A DNA stretch of 55,018 nt, from IMG/VR virus record IMGVR_UViG_3300048586_000930, positions 1-55,018 of that record. The stretch is one strand, 5' to 3'. The position numbers and the translations under genes are program-made. Positions within the stretch are counted from its first letter, which is position 1. Every line of letters starts with the position of its first letter. This document shows, in pieces, positions 18,528 to 27,778 of this stretch. This DNA comes from a virus (Duplodnaviria > Caudoviricetes). Below the pieces are notes generated by a model, which searched no databases, was not told the origin of the DNA, and was given only the letters and a program-made list of their open reading frames with translations.

Positions 18528-18758
18528 GTGAGCATGCCTGGCGCGCCCTTGCCGCCCCGCTCGTCCCTCGACCGCGGAAGCCGCAGCGCAACCACTGTGC
18601 CCGAGATGGAGATGCTGCGCCGCCGCGTCTGGCTGCAGCAGGGCGTGGTCTCGCTGCACCTCGAGGACATCACCGATCCCTGGCTGCGCCAGGCGATCCA
18701 GAACGAAGCCGTGCGCCGTTGGGGCCCGCGGCAGCAGGAGAAGACTCATGGCCGGTAA
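18528..18758 (+). CDS. Small hypothetical protein
   Basis: 76 aa. RBS GGAGG upstream, overlaps the next gene. Confidence 0.6.
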   Translation: MSMPGAPLPPRSSLDRGSRSATTVPEMEMLRRRVWLQQGVVSLHLEDITDPWLRQAIQNEAVRRWGPRQQEKTHGR

Positions 18759-19296
18759 GCGGAAGGCAAAGGACTCGAAGCGGAACGAGGCCCTCGGGCC
18801 GTCGAAGTGGCGGATGCAGCATGGCGGGTTCTCGGAGCCGATCCGTGAGGCCGATCCCGAGACTGGCCTGCCGGTCGTGCACCGTCGCACGGTCGACACC
18901 CTCGGCCAGATGCTCGCCAACGGCACTATTACGGAGGAGATGCACGACGCCGGCGCCGTGTTCCGCCGGCAGTTCCGTGTCGCCGCTCTGGATCAGCTGC
19001 GTGCCATGCCGCTGATCCGCATTCCTGGCGGCTCCGGTGATTCCCTCACCGATCGCCAGGTTGCTGCCCGGGAGCAGATCGCGCATGCCATGATGGCGCT
19101 GGGCGGCTTCGAGAGCGCAGCCGGCTCCTGCGTCTGGCACGTTGTGGGGCGGGAATGCTCCGTGCGGGAATGGGCGCTGCGCCAGGGCTGGGGTGGGCGC
19201 AGCGTTGGCCACGCGCAGGCCCAGGGCATGTTGGTGGCGGCGCTCGGTGTCCTGGCCGCGGTCTATGGTCTGGTGCCGGCGCGGCGAGCAGCGTGA
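18748..19296 (+). CDS. DUF6456-like protein, possible late transcription regulator
   Basis: 182 aa, RBS AGGAG. Last gene of the replication operon, the position lambda Q occupies. Confidence 0.65.
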   Translation: MAGKRKAKDSKRNEALGPSKWRMQHGGFSEPIREADPETGLPVVHRRTVDTLGQMLANGTITEEMHDAGAVFRRQFRVAALDQLRAMPLIRIPGGSGDSLTDRQVAAREQIAHAMMALGGFESAAGSCVWHVVGRECSVREWALRQGWGGRSVGHAQAQGMLVAALGVLAAVYGLVPARRAA

Positions 19297-19301
19297 GGCG
19301 G

Positions 19302-19508
19302 TCACTCCATGCCGAGCACGAAGGCGACCGCCTCGCCGATCAGCGTGAATGGCAGGGCCGGATGATGGGCGAGGATGGCGTCGTGGACAGCCTTGCTGGT
19401 GTCGACCCTGGTGAAGGGATCGGGAGGTCGCCGCGCAGCCCGTGCGGCGGCCAGCGTCGAGACGCTCAGCCATGGCGGAGGAAGGCGGGGTGGCTCGCCA
19501 TCGGGCAT
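19302..19508 (-). CDS. Small hypothetical protein
   Basis: MPDGEPPRLPPPWL..., 68 aa, divergent across an SOS box. Confidence 0.5.
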   Translation of the reverse strand: MPDGEPPRLPPPWLSVSTLAAARAARRPPDPFTRVDTSKAVHDAILAHHPALPFTLIGEAVAFVLGME

Positions 19509-19531
19509 GCGGACGCATATCGCCCCTATGA

Positions 19532-19546
19532 GAACAATACAAGAAC
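19532..19546 (+). promoter_or_regulatory. Alphaproteobacterial LexA (SOS) box
   Basis: GAAC-AATACAA-GAAC is an exact GAAC-N7-GAAC in a divergent intergenic gap. Confidence 0.78.
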
Positions 19547-19582
19547 ATGATAGAGAGACCGTGCTCACGAAGGAGGACGGTA

Positions 19583-19918
19583 ATGGCCGCACGTCGCCGG
19601 GCAGCGACACGCCCTCTCGATGCGGCGCTGGTGCGCCTGCAGACGATGGCGGCGCGTGGGGTCCAGCCGACCCGCATGGCGCGCGAGGTTGAGATCATCG
19701 TCGGTGAATGGCTTGGTGAGTCGGATGCCGATCCTGGTGACGTGAGGTCCCGGCTGGACGAACTGCATGAGCAGCTGGCGTCCGGCGTTGTCGATGCCGA
19801 GGAGCAGGTGTCCTACGTCGATCCCGATGAGGCAGCCGCGGTGAAGCAGGCTGGCGTCACCTTGGCGGCGCTGGTCGCGACGCGGGATGCGGTCGAGCGC
19901 GCACGCAACGCGCTGTAA
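19583..19918 (+). CDS. Hypothetical helical protein, probably SOS-inducible
   Basis: AGGAGG RBS at 19571-19576, 111 aa, 37 bp downstream of the SOS box. Confidence 0.7.
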   Translation: MAARRRAATRPLDAALVRLQTMAARGVQPTRMAREVEIIVGEWLGESDADPGDVRSRLDELHEQLASGVVDAEEQVSYVDPDEAAAVKQAGVTLAALVATRDAVERARNAL

Positions 19919-20009
19919 TCCGCACGGCCGGCACAGCCATGCCGCGTTGGTTGCTGACAGGCTGTCTTGGCTTCGCTATGGCACGCGCTCTGCAACGGAG
20001 ATCTAGTCT

Positions 20010-20321
20010 GTGTCGAAGAAGTTCCTGACCGACGTCATCGCAAACTCCACCGACTTGTCCGGCGTCGCGGCGACCAAGCTGGCTGGCGACATCATCGAGG
20101 CGATCAAGGGCGAGATCGTCGCGAGCGGCCGGTTCACGATCCCCGACTTCGGCGCCTTCGTTGTGCGCGAGACGCCGAAGCGCACGGCGCTGAACCCCCG
20201 CACGGGTGAGAAGGTGCCCGTGAAGGCGGGTGCGACGGTGAAGTTCAAGGCGAGCCCGGCCCTGAAGACGGCGGCGCTGGGCGGCCTCAAGAAGGCCAAG
20301 CGCAAAGCTGCGAAGGGCTGA
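20010..20321 (+). CDS. HU/IHF-family DNA-binding protein
   Basis: FTIPDFGAF...RTALNPRTGEKV...VKFKAS..LK with a Lys-rich tail. Confidence 0.93.
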   Translation: MSKKFLTDVIANSTDLSGVAATKLAGDIIEAIKGEIVASGRFTIPDFGAFVVRETPKRTALNPRTGEKVPVKAGATVKFKASPALKTAALGGLKKAKRKAAKG

Positions 20322-20487
20322 GACAGCGACGCGCGGCCGGTCCGCGCTGTTACAATTCACCCGCTGGCGGAGCGGAATCCGCATCTCGTAGACTCTCCCC
20401 ACGATGATGAATTGCGGGTGCAGCCTGCTGCACCGCGGCTCGCCAGCCACAACGTCGCTCAATCGAGACAGTGGCTCGCGAGCCGCA

Positions 20488-20642
20488 GGGTCCTTCCTGG
20501 GCCCGGCGTATGCGGGGGGCGGAAGCGCGCAACATCGCTAGCGCCTGGCCGGAAATGTGGTTCGCAGTTCGCACCCTTCGGCTCTGATCTCAATTGCTTA
20601 GCTGCGAACCATGGCCGCGCCGGTTCGCAGCCTCGGTTCGCG
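20488..20642 (+). other. Putative cos packaging site (cosQ-cosN-cosB-like)
   Basis: GGGTCCT (lambda cosQ heptamer) at 20488-20494. TGCG-GGGGGCGGAAGCG-CGCA at 20511-20531. Five GTTCGC(A) repeats at 20559-20642 around an IHF-like TCTCAATTGCTTA (20588-20600). Confidence 0.6.
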
Positions 20643-20666
20643 CCCACCCTGATCCTGGATGGCCCG

Positions 20667-22133
20667 ATGACGCTCCCCTGGATGGCAGCGAAGATCCTGC
20701 TGCGCCCGGTGGCGGAGCTGCGCGCGCATCCCGGCAACGCGCGCGTGCACGGCGCCGCGCAGATCGAGCAGATCAAGGCCAGCATGCTGGCCTTCGGGTT
20801 CACCAATCCGCTGCTGGTGGACGAGGACGGCGTGCTCATCGCCGGTCACGGCCGCCTCGAGGCCGCGGTGGCGCTTGGCATCGAGAAGGTGCCGACCATC
20901 GTGCTGCGGCATCTCTCCGCGGCGCAGAAGGAGGCGCTGCGGCTCGCCGACAATCGCATCGCGGAGAACGCGACCTGGGACCAGGCGCTGCTGCGCGATG
21001 CGCTCACCGCTGTGCAGGCGGCGCCTGACCTCGACCTTGCGGCGCTCGGCTTCTCGGCCGCGGAGCTCGACGACATCCTCGCGGCGGCTGAAGAGGCCGT
21101 GTCCGACGGCGACGCGCCCGAGGACCTGTCGGCACCCGCGGTCCAGAGGGGCGGGGATGGCGCGGCGGAGACGGAGGAGGCGGCGGAGGATGATCCCGCC
21201 GATGCCGAGTCGGATCCGCCGCGCCAGGCCGTCACCAGGCTGGGCGACCTCTGGCTTCTCGGCGAGCACCGCCTGCTGTGCGGCGACAGCACGGATGCCG
21301 CGTCGGTCGCTCGCGTCATGGGCGCGGACCGTGCAGCGCTGCTCTTCACCAGCCCGCCGTACGGGAACCAGCGCGCCTATACCACTGGCGGCATCTCGGA
21401 TTGGGATGCGCTGATGCGCGGCGTCATCGCCGCTGCCTCCGGCGCGATGCGCGCCGACGGCCAAGTGCTGGTGAACCTCGGCCTGATCCACCGCGAGGGC
21501 GAATGGCAGCCCTACTGGCAGGGGTGGCTCGACTGGATGCGTGCGCAGGGGTGGCGGCGCTTCGGGCTCTACGCCTGGGATCAGGGGCCCGGCCTGCCAG
21601 GCGATTGGAATGGACGCCTCGCGCCGGCCTTCGAGCTGGTCTTCCACTTCAACCGCGAGGCCCGCGCGCCGAATAAGATCGTGCCCTGCAAATGGGCCGG
21701 CACACCGAACAAGGGCAGCGGCTTGCGCGCCGCCGACGGCGAGGTGAAAGCCTACACCCATATCGGGCTCCCCGTGCAGGAGATGCGGATCCCGGACAGC
21801 GTGCTGCGCATCACACGGCACAAGGGCCGGGGCATCGAGACCGAACATCCTGCAGTGTTCCCCGTGGCGCTGCCGGAGCTGCTCCTGCAGACCTACGCAA
21901 ATCTCGGCGACGCGGTGTTCGAGCCCTTTGCCGGCTCCGGCACCACCATCCTCGCCGGACAGCGCACGGGACGGAAGGTCTGGGCGATTGAGCTCGCGCC
22001 GGCCTATGTCGACCTCGCCATCGCGCGCTACCGCATGCTGTTCCCTGAGCTGAACGTCACGCTGGATGGCGACGGCCGAGGTTACGATGCCGTGGCTGCA
22101 GAGCGGGCGGAGGCGCTGTCCGATGCAGCTTGA
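20667..22133 (+). CDS. ParB-N fused amino (N4-C/N6-A) DNA methyltransferase 1
   Basis: FGFTNPLLVD...IAGHGR, TSPPY, HPAVFP and EPFAGSGTT. Confidence 0.9.
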   Translation: MTLPWMAAKILLRPVAELRAHPGNARVHGAAQIEQIKASMLAFGFTNPLLVDEDGVLIAGHGRLEAAVALGIEKVPTIVLRHLSAAQKEALRLADNRIAENATWDQALLRDALTAVQAAPDLDLAALGFSAAELDDILAAAEEAVSDGDAPEDLSAPAVQRGGDGAAETEEAAEDDPADAESDPPRQAVTRLGDLWLLGEHRLLCGDSTDAASVARVMGADRAALLFTSPPYGNQRAYTTGGISDWDALMRGVIAAASGAMRADGQVLVNLGLIHREGEWQPYWQGWLDWMRAQGWRRFGLYAWDQGPGLPGDWNGRLAPAFELVFHFNREARAPNKIVPCKWAGTPNKGSGLRAADGEVKAYTHIGLPVQEMRIPDSVLRITRHKGRGIETEHPAVFPVALPELLLQTYANLGDAVFEPFAGSGTTILAGQRTGRKVWAIELAPAYVDLAIARYRMLFPELNVTLDGDGRGYDAVAAERAEALSDAA

Positions 22134-23391
22134 GCTTCAGGTGACGACCGTCCCCGTCGCGGCGCTGGTCCCCTACGCGGAGAACGCGCGGACGCACTCC
22201 GAGGAGCAGGTGGCGCAGATCGCCGCCTCGATCGCCGAGTTCGGCTTCGTGAACCCGGTGCTGGTGGATGCCGCCGGCGTGCTGGTTGCGGGCCACGGTC
22301 GCGTCATGGCCGCGAAGCGCCTTGGGATGGCGGCGGTGCCGGCGATCCGGCTCGCGCACCTGACCGAGGCGCAGGTGCGGGCGCTGCGGCTGGCCGACAA
22401 CCAGATCGCGCTGAACTCCGGCTGGGACGAGGCGCTGCTCGCCGCCGAGATCGCGCGCATCCGCGACGAGGCGGTGGTGGACCTCGACGTCCTCGGCTTC
22501 TCTGGCATCGAACTCGACCGCCTGCTGGCCGCCGTGGATGCCGGCCTCGAGGACGACGCCGACGACGCGCCCGAGCCCCCGGCCGTGCCGGTCACGCGCG
22601 CTGGCGACCTCTGGCGCTGCGGCGAGCACCGCCTGCTGTGCGGCGACGCCACCAAGCTGGCCGACGTGCAGCGCGCTCTCGGCTCCGATCGCCTCGCTGA
22701 CATGGCCTTCACGGACCCGCCCTACAACGTCGCCTACCAGGGCGGCACCGCGGCGAGGATGACCATCGCCAACGACGCGCTGGGCACCGGCTTCCTCGAC
22801 TTCATCCGCCCAGCGCTCGCGAACCTGCTCTCGGTATCGAAGGGCGCCTGCTACATCTGCATGTCCTCGTCCGAATGGCCGACGCTGCACCGCGCCTGGC
22901 AGGAAGCCGGCGGGAAGTGGTCGAGCACGATCATCTGGGCAAAGAACACCTTCGCGCTCGGTCGCGCCGACTACCACCAGCAGTTCGAGGCGATGCTCTA
23001 CGGCTGGAAGGCGGGCACGCAGCACTACTGGTGCGGCGCGCGTGACCAGGGGAACGTCTGGCGCTTCGACAAGCCGGCGCGGAACGACCTGCACCCGACG
23101 ATGAAGCCGGTGGCGCTGGTCGAGCGTGCCATCCGCAACAGCAGCAAGCAGCGCGACACGGTGCTGGATCCGTTCGGTGGCTCCGGAACTTCGATGATCG
23201 CGGCGGAGCGGACTGGGCGGCGCGCCGTGCTGCTCGAGCTCGATCCGGCCTATGCTGATGTGATCGTGCGTCGCTGGCAGGAGGCGACCGGCGGGACTGC
23301 GGTGCTCGATGCCGAAGATCGCACCTTCGCGGACATCGCCGCGGCACGCGGCATCGTCGATCATGATGTGATCCAGACCGCCGAATCATAG
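22123..23391 (+). CDS. ParB-N fused DNA methyltransferase 2
   Basis: FGFVNPVLVD...VAGHGR, TDPPY, HPTMKP and DPFGGSGTS. Confidence 0.9.
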   Translation: MQLELQVTTVPVAALVPYAENARTHSEEQVAQIAASIAEFGFVNPVLVDAAGVLVAGHGRVMAAKRLGMAAVPAIRLAHLTEAQVRALRLADNQIALNSGWDEALLAAEIARIRDEAVVDLDVLGFSGIELDRLLAAVDAGLEDDADDAPEPPAVPVTRAGDLWRCGEHRLLCGDATKLADVQRALGSDRLADMAFTDPPYNVAYQGGTAARMTIANDALGTGFLDFIRPALANLLSVSKGACYICMSSSEWPTLHRAWQEAGGKWSSTIIWAKNTFALGRADYHQQFEAMLYGWKAGTQHYWCGARDQGNVWRFDKPARNDLHPTMKPVALVERAIRNSSKQRDTVLDPFGGSGTSMIAAERTGRRAVLLELDPAYADVIVRRWQEATGGTAVLDAEDRTFADIAAARGIVDHDVIQTAES

Positions 23392-23488
23392 CAATTCCGC
23401 GGCGCTCCATCTTGCTTGGCTCACGCGTGGCACAGCGCGAATGGTCCGTCACGCGCAGGGGATGCCCTGCACCAAGACGGAGACCAGC

Positions 23489-23725
23489 ATGACCAACCGC
23501 GACGCCCGCGCCGCCCGCAATCAGCAGACGAGCCTCGAGGCCTTCCTGCAGCAGAAGGCCCGCTTCGACGCGATGGTCGCCGAACTGCAGCAGATGAGCG
23601 CGGACCACTTCGTAGCGGATCCCGAGGACGTCCTCTGGGGCAAGGCCGCGAGGCTCGAACACTGGAACAGCCGGCTGGCGAGCGTGACGGATTGCTACTT
23701 CAAGCGCGGTGAATTCGCCGAGTAG
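23489..23725 (+). CDS. Small hypothetical phage protein
   Basis: 78 aa from the ATG at 23489, GGAG RBS. Confidence 0.7.
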   Translation: MTNRDARAARNQQTSLEAFLQQKARFDAMVAELQQMSADHFVADPEDVLWGKAARLEHWNSRLASVTDCYFKRGEFAE

Positions 23726-23822
23726 CACGCGGCACATCCCGCCGCGGCCCCGACCGGCAGCACCGGCGGGGCTCCCGGCAGTAGGGGCCGATGGTCGGCA
23801 CCCGACACCGGAGACCACCAAG

Positions 23823-24599
23823 ATGACGAAGCTTTCCGACACCCAGCGCGTGATCCTGAGCGCGGCTGCGCAACACGAGATGGGCCTCGCCCGCGCGCCG
23901 AAGACCCTGCCGGCCGCCGCCCGCAACGCGGTGTTCCGCAGCTTGATCAAGACCAACCTGCTGACCGAGACCAACGCCCCGCGGGAGCATGTCGGGCTCG
24001 GCTGGCGGCAGGATGAGGACGGGATCTGGATCGTGGCGCGCATCACCGACGACGGGCTGCGCGCCATCGGCATTGACCCGAACGAGGGGGATGCCCCGGC
24101 CGACACGGCGCCTGCCAGCGCGGAGGAGGCGGCGCCGCGGAGTGAGGACGCCCCGCCGCCCGAAGCCGCCCAGGCCGTGCCCACGCCCGCCCAGCGCGCG
24201 AGTCTGCGCGACGCCGCCGCGGCGCTGCTGGCCGCCTGGGACGACGAAGCCAACCGCGAGGCGGACATCATCACGGCCCTCGACGGCCCGATGGCGGCCC
24301 TCCGCACCGCCCTCGCCGGCAAGCCGCCCCGCGCCGCCCGCGAGCCGGGCGCGCCGCGCAAGCCGCGCGAGGGCACGAAGCAGGAGGCGGTGCTCGCCCT
24401 GCTCCGCCGCGAGGAGGGCGCCACCATCGCGCAGATCTGCGAGGCCACCGGCTGGCAGGGTCACACGGTTCGGGGCTTCTTCGCCGGCCTGAAGAAACGC
24501 CAGGGGATCGAAGTGCAGGTGCTGGAGCGGGTCCGGCAGGTCGGCCCGATCAAGGAAGGAGCGCGGGGCAGCTACACCATCTACAAGGTGGATCGCTAA
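23823..24599 (+). CDS. DUF3489-family wHTH protein
   Basis: MTKLSDTQRVILSAAAQH...REGTKQEAVLALLRREEGATIAQICEATGWQGHTVRG. Confidence 0.82.
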   Translation: MTKLSDTQRVILSAAAQHEMGLARAPKTLPAAARNAVFRSLIKTNLLTETNAPREHVGLGWRQDEDGIWIVARITDDGLRAIGIDPNEGDAPADTAPASAEEAAPRSEDAPPPEAAQAVPTPAQRASLRDAAAALLAAWDDEANREADIITALDGPMAALRTALAGKPPRAAREPGAPRKPREGTKQEAVLALLRREEGATIAQICEATGWQGHTVRGFFAGLKKRQGIEVQVLERVRQVGPIKEGARGSYTIYKVDR

Positions 24600-24611
24600 T
24601 CGCCTGGCGCC

Positions 24612-24636
24612 GCCCGCTGCCGCTTCGGCAGCGGGC
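24612..24636. terminator. Hairpin between convergent genes, probable terminator
   Basis: GCCCGCTGCCG-CTT-CGGCAGCGGGC, an 11-bp perfect stem with no clear U-tract. Confidence 0.55.
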
Positions 24637-24656
24637 TCGACGGCCGGCGGGCGACG

Positions 24657-25184
24657 CTAGTACCGGATCGAGATCTCGATGGAGCTCTCCGGGATACCCA
24701 AACCGAGAGCGAGCCCGGCTTTCGCTTCAGCGATGGTCAGCGGACCAAAGCCTTCCTTATCCTCGTCCTGAGGCGCTGCAGCAGGAGTGGCCTCCGCAGG
24801 CGCGGGATCCGGGATGCGGTACCATTTCAGCGTTTCCGGGTCAGTGATGCCGAATTCTTCGAGCGTAGCGTAGCGCACCGGGTTCCGAAGGCCGGGCCAC
24901 GCATTCGGATAATCAATTCTCGCATATTCCGAGAACTTGACGAGATAGCGCTCAGGTCTGCCCTCCGGAGACGGCACTACTTCGCTGATCCGTCCAACCA
25001 TGAACGCATGGTGGTGTTCTTGGTCGGCACCACCCCAATGGCCGTTATGGCGGTTTTGGACACAGACGCAGTAGGCAAGCCGACGGACATTCTCGGGCTT
25101 AAGCCGCCAAGCCTGCGTGCCGCCTTCGGCGAGCAGGCGGGCCGGCCCCCTGGCGGTCAGAACGACTAGACACGGGGTGCTCAT
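24657..25184 (-). CDS. Accessory (moron) protein of unknown function
   Basis: 175 aa from the ATG at 25184 (GGAG RBS). Opposite strand to the late operon, with an AT-richer upstream region. Confidence 0.75.
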   Translation of the reverse strand: MSTPCLVVLTARGPARLLAEGGTQAWRLKPENVRRLAYCVCVQNRHNGHWGGADQEHHHAFMVGRISEVVPSPEGRPERYLVKFSEYARIDYPNAWPGLRNPVRYATLEEFGITDPETLKWYRIPDPAPAEATPAAAPQDEDKEGFGPLTIAEAKAGLALGLGIPESSIEISIRY

Positions 25185-25324
25185 TCGGATTCTCCGCGGT
25201 CGGAACTCGCGTAATGTAATCCCGGTTTTTCGGCAATTGCAAGGCATATTCCAGCAATATACTCACGGAATATCGCGCCACTTGAGACGCGCCGCACCGC
25301 CGCGCACGGCGGGAGGTCGCCGCC

Positions 25325-25840
25325 ATGCCCGAGCTGACCCCATCCACGCGCGAGGCCGCCCGCCGAATCGGCATTACCGAGACGGCGCTGCGCAAGGCCG
25401 AGCAGACCAGCCGCATCGCGCGCGAACCGGACGGCCAGTGGGATATCGACAAGACCCGCCGCCGCCTGGTGGAAACCGCCGACCCCGCTCGCTCGCCCCT
25501 GGCCAGCGGCACCGGCGCCGAGGGCACGCCGTTCGCTCGGCTGAAGGTCGCGCAGCTCGCCCTGAAGGTGGAGGCGCAGCGCCTCTCGCTGGATGAGACC
25601 AAGCGCCGTCTGCTCGACGTTGCCGAGGCCAATGCCGCGCTCGACGAGATCGGCAGCACCATGCGGGACGCGCTGGTGAACTGGCCCGCCCGTGTCTCGG
25701 GCCTGATCGCCGCCGAGCTCGGCGTCGACCCGCATCTGCTGCAGACGATCCTGCAGAGTCACATCAACGACCTGCTGACGGAGGCGGCCGATCGCTTCGA
25801 TCCAGCAGGCCTCGGAGGGGACCGGCCTCCGCAGCCGTGA
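25325..25840 (+). CDS. Terminase small subunit (gpNu1-like)
   Basis: N-terminal wHTH, coiled coil and L.NWPARVS.LIAAEL. GGAGG RBS. Immediately precedes TerL. Confidence 0.8.
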   Translation: MPELTPSTREAARRIGITETALRKAEQTSRIAREPDGQWDIDKTRRRLVETADPARSPLASGTGAEGTPFARLKVAQLALKVEAQRLSLDETKRRLLDVAEANAALDEIGSTMRDALVNWPARVSGLIAAELGVDPHLLQTILQSHINDLLTEAADRFDPAGLGGDRPPQP

Positions 25841-25844
25841 GCAT

Positions 25845-27764
25845 GTGCGCCGGCGCGTGGGTGCGATGCTACGCCCACCGCCGCAGCTCACCGTCTCGGA
25901 ATGGGCCGAGCGGCATCGCATGCTCGGCAGCCGCGCCTCAGCCGAGCCGGGCCCCTGGCGGACCAGCCGCACGCCGTATCTGAAGGACGTGATGGACGCG
26001 CTCTCGGCAGTGCATCCCGCCCGGCGCGTCGTCTTTATGAAGGGCGCGCAGGTCGGCGCCACCGAGAGCGGCAACAACTGGCTCGGCTACATCATGCACC
26101 ACGTGCCGGCGCCGGCGCTGGCGGTGCAGCCGACTGTGGAGCTGGCCAAGCGCTTCTCGCGCCAGCGCATCGACCCTCTGCTGGAGGAGACGCCGGCGCT
26201 GCGGGAGCGGGTGGCGCCGGCGCGGGCCCGCGACAGCGGCAATACCATGCTGTCGAAGGAATTCCCTGGCGGCATCCTGGTGCTGACGGGCGCGAATAGT
26301 GCGGTCGGCCTGCGCTCGATGACGGCGCGTTTCCTGTTCCTCGACGAGGTGGACGCCTATCCCGGCGATGTCGCCGGCGAGGGCGACCCCATTGCCTTGG
26401 CCGAGGCTCGCGCCCGCACCTTCGGCTGGCGCCGCAAAGCCTTCCTGGTCTCGACGCCGACCATCGCCGGCCGCAGCCGGATCGAGCGGGAATACCTGGC
26501 CAGCGACCAGCGGCGCTTCTTCGTGCCGTGCACGGCGTGCGGGGAGATGCAGTGGCTGCGCTTTGAGCGGCTGCTCTGGGACAAGGGTGCGCCGGAGACG
26601 GCGCGGTATCACTGCTCGGCCTGCGACCACCCGATGCAGGAGCACGACAAGACGGCAATGCTCGGCGGCGGGGAATGGAGGGCGACGGCAGCGGGTCAGG
26701 ACCCGCACACCATCGGCTTTCATATCTCGGCGCTGTACTCGCCCGTGGGCTGGCTCTCCTGGGCGCAGATCGCGCGCGATTGGGAAGCGGCGCAGGGCAA
26801 GCCCGAGGACATCAAGACCTTCAAGAATACGGTTCTGGGCGAGACCTGGCAGGAGCAGGGCGAGGCGCCGGATTGGGAGCGCCTGGTCGAGCGCCGCGAG
26901 GATTTCGCCATGGGCGTGGTGCCGCCCGGCGCGCTGGTGCTGACCGTGGGCATCGACGTGCAGGATGATCGGCTGGAATGCGACGTCTGGGGCTGGGCGG
27001 AGGGTTTCTCGTCGTGGCTCGTGGATCACGTGGTGATCCCGGGCAGCCCGCGGGACCGCGAGCCCTGGGACGAGCTGGCGAAGCTGCTCGCGCGGGACTG
27101 GCCGCGGCAGAGCGGCGGCGCGATGCGCATCGCCCGGCTCTGCGTCGACACCGGCGGCCGCGACACCGCCGCCGTCTATGGCCACCTCCGCCGCCTGCGG
27201 GATCCCCGCATCGCGCCGACCAAGGGCATCGACGGCTGGAACCGGGCGCAGCCGGTGCAGGGGCCGACGCCGGTGGATGCGCTGGTCGACGGTCGGAAGC
27301 TCCGGCGCGGCCTCAAGCTGTGGACGGTGTCCGTCTCGACCTGGAAGGCCGACCTGTACCGCCGGCTCTGGCTCGGCCGCGGGGATGCGGAGGAGTTGCC
27401 GCCCGGCTGGGTGCATCTGCCGCGGGCAATCGAGGTGGAATGGGTCAAGCAGCTGGTCGCGGAGCAGCTGCGCACCACGAAGGATCGTCACGGCTTCGCG
27501 CGGCAAGAATGGGCCAAGCTGCGCGAGCGGAACGAGGCGCTGGATTGCGCCGTGCTCGCCCGCGCCGCCCTGTGGCTGCTCGGTGCCGACCGCTACGGCG
27601 AGCGCTTCTGGCAGCAGCTGCGGGACCAGATCGCCGACGCCCCGCTGCGGCCGAGCGAGCTTCCCACCACCGGGAACGTCGCTCCCCCGTCGGCGCCGCC
27701 GATCGCGCCCGACACCCATCGCCCGCCTGGCTGGCTCGCCCCGCGTGGCGGCTGGCTGCGCTGA
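25845..27764 (+). CDS. Terminase large subunit (lambda gpA family)
   Basis: RTPYL, MKGAQVGATE, FLDEVD, STPT, GIDVQDDR and RNEALDC. Confidence 0.95.
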   Translation: MRRRVGAMLRPPPQLTVSEWAERHRMLGSRASAEPGPWRTSRTPYLKDVMDALSAVHPARRVVFMKGAQVGATESGNNWLGYIMHHVPAPALAVQPTVELAKRFSRQRIDPLLEETPALRERVAPARARDSGNTMLSKEFPGGILVLTGANSAVGLRSMTARFLFLDEVDAYPGDVAGEGDPIALAEARARTFGWRRKAFLVSTPTIAGRSRIEREYLASDQRRFFVPCTACGEMQWLRFERLLWDKGAPETARYHCSACDHPMQEHDKTAMLGGGEWRATAAGQDPHTIGFHISALYSPVGWLSWAQIARDWEAAQGKPEDIKTFKNTVLGETWQEQGEAPDWERLVERREDFAMGVVPPGALVLTVGIDVQDDRLECDVWGWAEGFSSWLVDHVVIPGSPRDREPWDELAKLLARDWPRQSGGAMRIARLCVDTGGRDTAAVYGHLRRLRDPRIAPTKGIDGWNRAQPVQGPTPVDALVDGRKLRRGLKLWTVSVSTWKADLYRRLWLGRGDAEELPPGWVHLPRAIEVEWVKQLVAEQLRTTKDRHGFARQEWAKLRERNEALDCAVLARAALWLLGADRYGERFWQQLRDQIADAPLRPSELPTTGNVAPPSAPPIAPDTHRPPGWLAPRGGWLR

Positions 27765-27778
27765 CCCTGGAGAACCTG

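Noticed and set aside
18310-18531. 73-aa ORF after the primase
   Set aside because: It overlies the octamer repeat tract and has atypical codon usage, so it is more likely non-coding.
19529-19560. TGAGAA as a third copy of the ECF-like promoter
   Set aside because: No ATCCGTA block at the expected distance. The sequence belongs to the SOS box.
20560-20640. GTTC repeats as LexA boxes
   Set aside because: The spacings are not N7. They are better explained as cosB-like repeats.
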